A stretch of 55,063 bases of DNA from an uncultured Thiotrichaceae bacterium (GTDB taxonomy: Bacteria; Pseudomonadota; Gammaproteobacteria; SZUA-229): positions 1 through 55,063 of the forward strand of contig CAZALW010000001.1 of assembly GCA_964485705.1 (NCBI GenBank), read 5' to 3'. Every line of letters begins with the position of its first letter. Positions within the stretch are counted from its first letter, which is position 1. Positions 47,936 through 55,063 of the stretch are shown in pieces. The position numbers were made by a program, and so were the translations under genes. Under the pieces are notes generated by a model. The model saw only the letters and a list, made by a program, of their open reading frames with translations, was not told the origin of the DNA and ran no database searches.

Positions 47936-50644
47936 TTAATCAGCACTATGATGCCAGTATCTTCGTGCGGTTTCTCGATACTTTTCAATAGTTTTGCCCG
48001 CTTTTCTGGTTAAGCTGATGGTTATGGCGCCACTTTTGTCTGTTTGTAACAATGTTCCACCCTGCTCTTTATAACGCGCCAATACCTTTTTTTCTGGATG
48101 CTTATGTTTATTTTTATAACCCACTGAAAATATGGAAATTTCAGGGTCAACTGCCTGAATAAATTCAGCAGTTGATGAAGTTTTACTGCCATGATGCGGC
48201 ACAATTAACACATCTGCGCCCAGTTTCTTACCATAACGATTGAGCAGTTGCTGCTCAGTTGCTTTTTCTATGTCACCGCTAAACAACACAGAACCAGCTC
48301 GCCCACTCACCCGCAAAACACAGGATTGATTATTTCGTAACTTTCTTTTTACATTTGCCATGCTGGCGGTAGCGGGTGATAAAAATACAAAATCAACACC
48401 ATCCCATTGCCACTTATTACCTGTTACACAAGGCAATTTTTTATTAGCAACAAGTGCTTCTATATGCTGGCCGATAACAGTGGTTTCAGGCAATGCATCC
48501 AATATCGCCTGAGCCCCACCGATATGGTCACTATCACCATGGCTGATGATTAAATAGTCCAGGGCGGTTAAGCCATGCGAACGCAAATACGGCAAAACCA
48601 CACTACTACCAATATCGAATCGGTCACTGAACCTTGCTCCAGCATCAAACACCATGACATGATTTTGCGTACGGATAACTGCCGCTGACCCATTGCCAAC
48701 GTCAAGAACGGTCAATTGATACTCACCAGTGTTGAATGTTTCTTTTGTTGTAATAAATAGTGCTGAAAACAATAAACATGCTATACCACGAAGTAACCAT
48801 ATGGTTGGCTGCCGGGCTGGTCGTCTATTACTCATCTGCGTATTGCTCTGTCGCCAATACGAGGTAATAAAATTTGACAACTCTCTGGAAAAATAAAACA
48901 TCAGCATTGCCGTCGTTACCAGCAACAATTTTATAATATCAACATCACCTCTCACCCATATGGCGTAGGGCTGGTTTGCAAACCAGCTCAGCAATGGCCA
49001 GATAAAGTCCAGTAAACTTACCGCCAGGTTGAACAAAAAATCAGCCATATCAGGCGCAAAAAATGAAAACACAATGGCAAGCAATACCAATGGCACAACC
49101 AGAAAGCTAACGTAAGGAATCAATAATAAATTAGCAATGGGAGAAACCAGTGAAGTTTGCTGAAACATAAATAAAGACAATGGCAATAAAAACAGGGTGA
49201 TATAAAATTGCAAACGTACCCATTGTTGCAACACTGAGCTGACTTTACGCCAAACCGAATAAAATACGGTCTTTTTGTTCTGCCCAGCTATTATCTTATT
49301 ATCTATCGCCTTATTATCTATTACCTTATTATCGCCTGCATGGTTTGCAGTCAGCGTGATAAAAATAACTGCCACCGCTGAGAAAGAAAACCAGAAACCA
49401 ACAGATAAAACGGCTAAAGGATCGAACAGCAAAACCAGCAATAAAGCAAAACCCAACGCATCAAACGGGCGATGGTTATGTCTGAGCAACATCATCACTG
49501 ATAAAACACTCAACATTATAATGGCGCGTTGTGTTGGGATGGATAAACCAGCGACCATGGCATATGACATTGCCACCATGAGTCCAGCACTCAGCGCTAC
49601 ATGCTGTGCTGGCACACGTTTCATCACAAAAACGGGAACCAGCCAACGAATCAACACATAACCAAAAAATGCTGCCAGACCAATATGCAAGCCAGAAATC
49701 GCCATTAAATGACTAGTTCCGGTGTTTATTAACACCTGCCATTGCTGCTTTGAAATGGATGATTTATCACCAATAGCAAGGGCTTTTATTAATGAAAAAG
49801 AACTTGTTTGAGCGCCATCACCCTGCTCTTTCGCCAGCTTTTCAGCTTCAGATTTTTTAGCTTCAAGTTTTCTAACTTCAAGCTTTCTAACTTCAATGGC
49901 ATCAATTTTCTGGCTCAGAAAGTGCCGTATTTTATTAACTGACAGTATCAATGCTGACCATGACAGAGCTTGTGGGACATCATACTGAACCTTATTTAAT
50001 ACTGATTTACGCACATAACCTGTGGCATCAATACCATGTTGAAACAACCATGCTTCATAATCGAAACTGCCAGGATTCATCAATCCGCGCGGTAGTTTTA
50101 ACCGTACTTTCAACTGCCATTTTTCTCCAGCATGAACGGGTAGACCGTAATACCAGCTTAAACGAATTTTTCTGGGTATTTTTTGAACTGCTAACACCGA
50201 CTCCATTAGCGTACCATCTGTTCTTAGAATACCTAACTCTGTAATGATCAATTCAAAACGTTGTGCCTTTTCATTGCTAACCGGAATACTCGAAACAAAA
50301 CCATTGATGAGGAGGTCTTTGCCAATAAAGTTTTCATCTAAGCGAAAAGAAAGTTGTTGCTTTGCGAAAAACGAAGAATACAATATACCAAATAAAATCA
50401 ATGATATAATTAATAAGATTAAAGTAATTTGTGACTTAAATGCAAAACAATATTGACTATTACTAAGCAATGAATACAGAAGAAGCAGAGACAACACCAG
50501 GACAATGACAAAGGAAAGTGCAGGTAAAACGACAAGTTGCTGAACAAAAACAATACCCAGCAAAAAAGCCAGCGCATAAACAAACATCCCTGTTTTGTAG
50601 TACATTATTAAAATCCATTTGTAGACAAAATGATAAGCTGCCAA
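47936..50644 (-). CDS. comEC: DNA internalization-related competence protein ComEC/Rec2
   Basis: 902 aa. Polytopic competence domain plus a C-terminal metallo-beta-lactamase domain (ISHGDSDHIGG). Contains two in-frame 15-bp tandem repeat tracts. The exact start is uncertain. Confidence 0.85.
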   Translation of the reverse strand: MAAYHFVYKWILIMYYKTGMFVYALAFLLGIVFVQQLVVLPALSFVIVLVLSLLLLYSLLSNSQYCFAFKSQITLILLIISLILFGILYSSFFAKQQLSFRLDENFIGKDLLINGFVSSIPVSNEKAQRFELIITELGILRTDGTLMESVLAVQKIPRKIRLSWYYGLPVHAGEKWQLKVRLKLPRGLMNPGSFDYEAWLFQHGIDATGYVRKSVLNKVQYDVPQALSWSALILSVNKIRHFLSQKIDAIEVRKLEVRKLEAKKSEAEKLAKEQGDGAQTSSFSLIKALAIGDKSSISKQQWQVLINTGTSHLMAISGLHIGLAAFFGYVLIRWLVPVFVMKRVPAQHVALSAGLMVAMSYAMVAGLSIPTQRAIIMLSVLSVMMLLRHNHRPFDALGFALLLVLLFDPLAVLSVGFWFSFSAVAVIFITLTANHAGDNKVIDNKAIDNKIIAGQNKKTVFYSVWRKVSSVLQQWVRLQFYITLFLLPLSLFMFQQTSLVSPIANLLLIPYVSFLVVPLVLLAIVFSFFAPDMADFLFNLAVSLLDFIWPLLSWFANQPYAIWVRGDVDIIKLLLVTTAMLMFYFSRELSNFITSYWRQSNTQMSNRRPARQPTIWLLRGIACLLFSALFITTKETFNTGEYQLTVLDVGNGSAAVIRTQNHVMVFDAGARFSDRFDIGSSVVLPYLRSHGLTALDYLIISHGDSDHIGGAQAILDALPETTVIGQHIEALVANKKLPCVTGNKWQWDGVDFVFLSPATASMANVKRKLRNNQSCVLRVSGRAGSVLFSGDIEKATEQQLLNRYGKKLGADVLIVPHHGSKTSSTAEFIQAVDPEISIFSVGYKNKHKHPEKKVLARYKEQGGTLLQTDKSGAITISLTRKAGKTIEKYRETARRYWHHSAD
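49296..49340 (-). repeat. in-frame 15-bp tandem repeat inside comEC
   Basis: TTATTATCTATCGCC / TTATTATCTATTACC / TTATTATCGCCTGCA, encoding DNKVIDNKAIDNKII. Confidence 0.8.
49846..49897 (-). repeat. in-frame 15-bp tandem repeat inside comEC
   Basis: CTTCAGATTTTTTAG / CTTCAAGTTTTCTAA / CTTCAAGCTTTCTAA / CTTCAAT.., encoding EVRKLEVRKLEAKKSEAEK. Confidence 0.8.
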
Positions 50645-50772
50645 CTAAAGGGCATCTCTAAAGAGCTTTGCATGCTGTTACAAAACTATAAAGTAAAAAT
50701 GCTATAATACATAATATTTTATTGTACTGTCGACAATAGCTCAGCTGATACTTATACACTTATACGATAACT

Positions 50773-51288
50773 ATGCCACGCAAGTTTTTTCAGCGGTTTC
50801 TACCGCATCATAAAACAATCAAAGAGCACAAAATACTACAAATCTTTGGCGACTGGTTACACAAACCTGATTTATGGCATTTGAATCGACGCTCTGTTGC
50901 TGGTGCTTTTGCTGTAGGATTGTTTTTTGTCTGGATACCAGTGCCCTTTCAGATGGTGTTCGCTGCAGGCGTAGCAATATGGATTGGCACTAATCTGCCA
51001 CTGTCAGTTGTATTAGTCTGGATTAGCAACCCGGTCACCATTACTCCAATGTTTTACTTTGCTTACAAAGTAGGCACCTGGATTATCGGAGAACCAGTAA
51101 TCGATTTCAGTTTTGAACTCAGCTTTGGCTGGTTACAAAATGAGCTATCTGCAATCTGGAAACCTTTTCTGGTTGGCTGTTTTACCATGGCAATCTCAAG
51201 CAGCCTGATCGGTTACTTCACTATAAATGGCATCTGGCGCTACGCGGTGCTACGGCAACGTACTACAAAAAGTCATCTAAAAAAATAA
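50773..51288 (+). CDS. DUF2062-like membrane protein
   Basis: 171 aa. Basic N-terminus followed by 3-4 TM helices; the pattern resembles DUF2062. Divergent from comEC. Confidence 0.55.
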   Translation: MPRKFFQRFLPHHKTIKEHKILQIFGDWLHKPDLWHLNRRSVAGAFAVGLFFVWIPVPFQMVFAAGVAIWIGTNLPLSVVLVWISNPVTITPMFYFAYKVGTWIIGEPVIDFSFELSFGWLQNELSAIWKPFLVGCFTMAISSSLIGYFTINGIWRYAVLRQRTTKSHLKK

Positions 51289-51293
51289 CCATC

Positions 51294-51740
51294 ATGATCT
51301 GGAAACCTCACACTACGGTTGCTGCCATCATTGAGCGTAACAATAAATTCTTAATGGTTGAAGAACTTATTCATGGTGAGTTGGTAATAAACCAGCCTGC
51401 CGGGCATCTTGATCCTGATGAAAGTCTTATTACTGCTGTCATTCGTGAAACGCAAGAGGAAACCGCATGGCAGTTTATGCCTGAAGCCATTACCGGGATT
51501 TATTTATGGAAACATCCTGACAATGGTGAAAGCTTTCTACGTATTGCATTTTGTGGTGACTGTAAAAACCACAATGCTTCGCAGGCACTTGATGAAGGCA
51601 TACAGGCGGCAGTATGGAAAACACGCGATGAACTTATACATAATCCACAAAAGCTGCGCAGCCCAATGGTAATAAATTGTATTGACGACTACCTCGCTGG
51701 CAAGCGATCGCCGCTCGATCTACTAACTCACCTTGCCTGA
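51294..51740 (+). CDS. Nudix hydrolase (NudJ-like)
   Basis: 148 aa with a Nudix box ([22 protein letters not shown]). Stop/start overlap with mnmA, as in the enterobacterial nudJ-mnmA neighbourhood. Confidence 0.8.
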   Translation: MIWKPHTTVAAIIERNNKFLMVEELIHGELVINQPAGHLDPDESLITAVIRETQEETAWQFMPEAITGIYLWKHPDNGESFLRIAFCGDCKNHNASQALDEGIQAAVWKTRDELIHNPQKLRSPMVINCIDDYLAGKRSPLDLLTHLA

Positions 51741-52846
51741 TGAAAAAACAAAAAATCATTATTGGCATGTCAGGTGGTGTCGATTCATCCGTTGCCGCAT
51801 TATTGCTTATTGAACAGGGTTATGACGTTGAGGGTCTGTTCATGAAAAACTGGGAAGAGGATGATGACGAACAGTATTGTGCCGCCGCTGTTGATCTAAA
51901 AGATGCCAGCGCTATTTGCCAGACACTCAACATAAAATTACACACCATTAATTTTTCCAGCGAATACTGGGACCGGGTTTTTCAACATTTTCTTGATGAG
52001 TACAGCGCGGGGCGTACACCTAACCCGGACATTTTGTGCAATAAAGAGATTAAATTTCGCGCCTTTCTGGAGCATGCTCAAACGCTAGGAGCAAAAAAAA
52101 TTGCCACCGGGCATTATGCTCGCACCCGTTTAAGCAACAACAAAATAAAATTACCCAAGATACAATTACTGCGGGGCCTCGACAATAACAAAGATCAAAG
52201 TTACTTCTTGCATGCTTTAAACCAATACCAGTTATCACACGCCATTTTTCCTATCGGTGAACTTAATAAACCTTTAATACGAGAACTGGCGAAAAAGAAT
52301 AATTTAATCACCCATGATAAAAAAGACAGTACCGGCATCTGCTTTATCGGCGAACGACGTTTTACTACTTTTCTGGAAAAATTTCTGCCCGCCAAACCAG
52401 GTGAAATACACACGATTGGTGGTGAATACATTGGCACACATAATGGTTTAATGTATTACACGCTGGGGCAACGAAAAGGCCTGGGTATTGGGGGTTTGAA
52501 AAAAAGTGGTGAAGAGCCATGGTATGTTGTAAAAAAAGACATGTCTAATAATATTCTATTTGTGGCACAGGGACACAACCACCCTGCTATGTTCCACAAT
52601 ACGCTGATAGCCAGCCAGATTAACTGGATCGAAGGAAATGAACCCAATGATAATAATGAACTGACTGCAAAAATTCGCTATCGCCAGAGCGATCAAGATT
52701 GCACATTAACTAAAACAGGTAACCAAAGGTACCATGTCAGGTTTGATGAAGCGCAACGTGCTATCACACCGGGGCAATCTATTGTGTTTTATCAAAATGA
52801 GGCCTGCCTTGGCGGTGGCATCATTGAAGCAATGAATAATGAATAG
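51740..52846 (+). CDS. mnmA: tRNA 2-thiouridine(34) synthase MnmA
   Basis: 368 aa with the PP-loop GMSGGVDSS and the conserved pattern around the catalytic Cys residues. Confidence 0.92.
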   Translation: MKKQKIIIGMSGGVDSSVAALLLIEQGYDVEGLFMKNWEEDDDEQYCAAAVDLKDASAICQTLNIKLHTINFSSEYWDRVFQHFLDEYSAGRTPNPDILCNKEIKFRAFLEHAQTLGAKKIATGHYARTRLSNNKIKLPKIQLLRGLDNNKDQSYFLHALNQYQLSHAIFPIGELNKPLIRELAKKNNLITHDKKDSTGICFIGERRFTTFLEKFLPAKPGEIHTIGGEYIGTHNGLMYYTLGQRKGLGIGGLKKSGEEPWYVVKKDMSNNILFVAQGHNHPAMFHNTLIASQINWIEGNEPNDNNELTAKIRYRQSDQDCTLTKTGNQRYHVRFDEAQRAITPGQSIVFYQNEACLGGGIIEAMNNE

Positions 52847-52898
52847 AGGCTTTTGCACAATAAATTTAGTGTGCAAAAAACTTCAAATAAAAACTTTT

Positions 52899-52975
52899 CC
52901 CGAAAATACACGCTAATAAACGCAATAAAAAATTAAAAAAAGTTTATATTTGCGTTTATTAGCGTGCATTTGCGG
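52899..52975. repeat. family F-type hairpin repeat
   Basis: CCCGAAAATACACGCTAATAAACGCAATAAAA ... TATATTTGCGTTTATTAGCGTGCATTTGCGG. Confidence 0.75.
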
Positions 52976-53066
52976 AAAATAATACTTTTAAGATTTACGG
53001 TAGTTTTCAAAATCTTTTTTTTACTCTATCGTGCAAAGCTCTCTAATAATTTTAAAACATCAACTT

Positions 53067-53687
53067 ATGACTCATAGTAAATTCGACCAAACATTAGCGC
53101 TGGCAGGCATTTTTCAGGCTGCGTCACTGGTCAAACAAATTGCCAATACCGGCAGTGCTAATAGCGCACAAATTGAGGCCAGTATTGAAACCCTGTTTCG
53201 TTTTGATGCTGATAATGTTGAGCAGGTATATGGCAGTGTCGCCAGCATTAACCATGGCGTTAAAGTATTACATCAACATCTCTTTGATAAATCTAATCGG
53301 GATCTTGAGGTAACAAAATATGTCATTTCATTACTCATGCTGGAACGAAAGTTATCCGCTAACACACAAATGCTTGATGAAATTGACGGTCGCTTAAAAA
53401 AAATTGAGGATAAGTTTGATTTCTTCTCGCTTAACCATGAAAACACCTTTGCTAAACTAGGTCTACTATACAAAGACACTATCAGCACATTAGGCCCAAA
53501 AATTATCGTTAGCGGCGAACAGTCCTATTTAAGCAATGAAACAAATGCCAGCAAGGTTCGATCATTATTACTTTCCGGCATTCGCTCTGCTGTATTATGG
53601 CGCCAGTGTGGCGGCTCGCGCTGGCAGTTTTTATTTGGACAAAAAGCCTACATTAAGGAATGTGAAAAAATTCTCAATCAGCTTTGA
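53067..53687 (+). CDS. hflD: high-frequency-of-lysogenization protein HflD
   Basis: ATG at 53067. The N-terminus (FDQTLALAGIFQAASLVKQIA) matches HflD (YDITLALAGICQSARLVQQLA). mnmA-hflD synteny. Confidence 0.8.
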   Translation: MTHSKFDQTLALAGIFQAASLVKQIANTGSANSAQIEASIETLFRFDADNVEQVYGSVASINHGVKVLHQHLFDKSNRDLEVTKYVISLLMLERKLSANTQMLDEIDGRLKKIEDKFDFFSLNHENTFAKLGLLYKDTISTLGPKIIVSGEQSYLSNETNASKVRSLLLSGIRSAVLWRQCGGSRWQFLFGQKAYIKECEKILNQL

Positions 53688-53702
53688 TAATTAAGTAAAA
53701 AC

Positions 53703-53737
53703 AATTGAGAATTATGAATTGAGAATGGAGAGTGAAA
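53703..53737. repeat. 7-nt periodic array (AATTGAG type x 5)
   Basis: AATTGAGAATTATGAATTGAGAATGGAGAGTGAAA, downstream of hflD. Confidence 0.8.
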
Positions 53738-53798
53738 AACCTAAAATATACAACACACGCTAACAATAAACACCAAGTTGAGCAATATAGTGTTTTAA

Positions 53799-53822
53799 TT
53801 TTCAACTCTCAATTCTCAATTA
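53799..53822. repeat. 7-nt periodic array, inverted partner
   Basis: TTTTCAACTCTCAATTCTCAATTA, downstream of the convergent epimerase gene. Confidence 0.75.
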
Positions 53823-53826
53823 TTTA

Positions 53827-54834
53827 TTAAAGCTGGTGATACCCCCTGTACCAATCGACAAATTTCCCAATACCTTCTTTTAATGGCGTAGCTGGTTTAA
53901 AACCAACAGCATCGACTAAAGCATCAATATTTGCATAAGTTGCAACCACATCACCGTCCTGCATTCCCAACATGTTTTTTTCAGCTTTTTTACCAACAGC
54001 ATCTTCTATGGTTTCAATGAAATCCATAAGTTGTACTACGTCGTTATTACCTATGTTATATACCCTGTACGGAGCATAAGATGTTGCCGGGTCGGATGTA
54101 TTGTTATCATAATCAGGGTTTGGCTCTGCTGTTTTATCTATGACACGTACAACACCTTCGACGATATCGTCAATATAGGTAAAATCGCGTTTCATTTTTC
54201 CTTCGTTGAACACATTAATTGGCTCATCACGAAGAATGGCACCGGTAAACAATGAGGGCGACATGTCCGGTCTGCCCCATGGCCCGTAAACAGTAAAAAA
54301 GCGCAATCCGGTGGTGGGTATATTGTATAAATGACTATAGGTATGTGCCATTAATTCATTCGATTTTTTTGTTGCAGCATACAAACTTACCTGGTGGTCA
54401 ACATTGTCATGTACACTAAATGGCATGTTGGTGTTTGCGCCATATACGCTTGAACTGCTGGCATAAACCAGATGTTCGACTTTTGTCTGGCGACAACCTT
54501 CCAGTATATTGACAAAGCCAACCAGATTGCTGTCAACATAAGCATGCGGGTTTTCCAGTGAATAACGTACGCCAGCTTGCGCTGCGGAGTTAAAAACACG
54601 CTGGAACTTTTGCTGCTCAAACAATGTTTTCATGGCATCGCGATCGGCAATATCCATTTTTATAAAGGTGAAACCATCATAACCTTCAATGAGTTTTAAG
54701 CGGTCGTGCTTTAATTTCACTTCATAATAATCATTTAGATTATCAATACCAACGACCTCATCACCTCTTTTAAGCAGCGCTTTGGCTACACTCATGCCGA
54801 TAAAACCGGCCACACCTGTTACTAGTATTTTCAT
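53827..54834 (-). CDS. NAD-dependent nucleotide-sugar epimerase (UDP-glucuronate 4-epimerase-like)
   Basis: 335 aa extended SDR with TGVAGFIG and the catalytic YAATK motif. The substrate assignment is tentative. Confidence 0.75.
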   Translation of the reverse strand: MKILVTGVAGFIGMSVAKALLKRGDEVVGIDNLNDYYEVKLKHDRLKLIEGYDGFTFIKMDIADRDAMKTLFEQQKFQRVFNSAAQAGVRYSLENPHAYVDSNLVGFVNILEGCRQTKVEHLVYASSSSVYGANTNMPFSVHDNVDHQVSLYAATKKSNELMAHTYSHLYNIPTTGLRFFTVYGPWGRPDMSPSLFTGAILRDEPINVFNEGKMKRDFTYIDDIVEGVVRVIDKTAEPNPDYDNNTSDPATSYAPYRVYNIGNNDVVQLMDFIETIEDAVGKKAEKNMLGMQDGDVVATYANIDALVDAVGFKPATPLKEGIGKFVDWYRGYHQL

Positions 54835-54876
54835 GAAATATTTTTCCGATGGTTTGTTGCATAAATTTTGTTACCC

Positions 54877-54957
54877 GAATGACTGAGTTCGGTCATTAGC
54901 AGACGTTAAAAATCAAAAGCATTAGTCCGCGAAGAACGCAAAAGACGCGAAAAAGGC
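54877..54957. repeat. left half of a composite family H + family F element
   Basis: GAATGACTGAGTTCGGTCATTAGCAGACGTT... followed by the F-type arm GTCCGCGAAGAACGCAAAAGACGCGAAAAAGG. Confidence 0.7.
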
Positions 54958-55008
54958 AAAAACAATAATAGGTTAATTGAGTAGAAAAAAGCTATTTTTC
55001 TTTCAGCA

Positions 55009-55063
55009 GTAGGGTGGGCACGTTTTTTTGCCCACGTGGAGATACATACACGATCAACGCGTG
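55009..55063. repeat. family E REP, cut by the window end (E3)
   Basis: GTAGGGTGGGCACGTTTTTTTGCCCACGTGG ... CAACGCGTG. Confidence 0.7.

Noticed and set aside
52849-52878. Hairpin CTTTTGCACA...TGTGCAAAA after mnmA as an intrinsic terminator.
   Set aside because: The stem is followed by an A-run rather than a T-run on the coding strand. That is too weak to call.
54877-55063. Possibility that shared sequence at the window start and end means a circular replicon such as a plasmid.
   Set aside because: The match is between inverted halves of a dispersed repeat element. The sequence beyond 54957 does not continue into position 1, and the gene content is chromosomal housekeeping.

Overview
This window is an AT-rich gammaproteobacterial chromosome segment, and almost all of it is conserved housekeeping synteny. 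On the minus strand: GGDEF cyclase, tatD/ycfH, pilZ, holB, tmk, mltG, pabC, pabB, fabF, acpP, fabG, fabD, dapB, dnaJ, dnaK, grpE, hrcA, tsaB, a DinG/YoaA-like helicase, a TPR lipoprotein and mrcB. Further on: a hybrid histidine kinase, mltF, rsd, rlmL, ycaR/trm112, lpxK, msbA, exbD, exbB, comEC, a Nudix gene, mnmA, hflD and an epimerase.

The one clearly accessory block lies between mrcB and the histidine kinase (about 25.2-33.7 kb). It holds an RHH/ParE-type toxin-antitoxin pair followed by a four-gene operon that I read as a type I Wadjet system (JetABCD, also called MksBEFG or EptABCD). The operon encodes a DUF3375-like kleisin, a DUF4194-like subunit, a 1131-aa SMC/ABC-type ATPase and a DUF3322/DUF2220 Toprim nuclease. 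This is the main candidate system in the window.

All four jet ORFs are intact. However, palindromic repeat elements have been inserted at the jetA|jetB and jetC|jetD junctions. Each insertion is bracketed by a diverged duplicate of the upstream gene's 3' end, and the jetC/jetD case includes a fossil ATGA stop/start overlap. The same pattern, a REPIN-like element flanked by a long imperfect duplication of a gene terminus, occurs at the 5' end of the lipoprotein gene.

Intergenic DNA is saturated with several repeat families: GTAG-headed REP/REPIN, TIR-bounded MITE-like elements, hairpins whose arms are short tandem repeats, and 7-nt periodic arrays at gene ends. These generate many spurious ORFs in the supplied track. 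Other points:
- A CIRCE operator with a sigma70 promoter precedes hrcA, and sigma32-type promoters precede grpE and dnaK.
- A second RelE/ParE-type TA pair sits between rlmL and lpxK.
- A 53-aa Trm112/YcaR gene is missing from the ORF track.
- pabC and comEC carry in-frame tandem repeats.

I saw no rRNA, tRNA, CRISPR array, integrase or transposase. All protein calls rest on motif and synteny recognition by eye; no database search was run.
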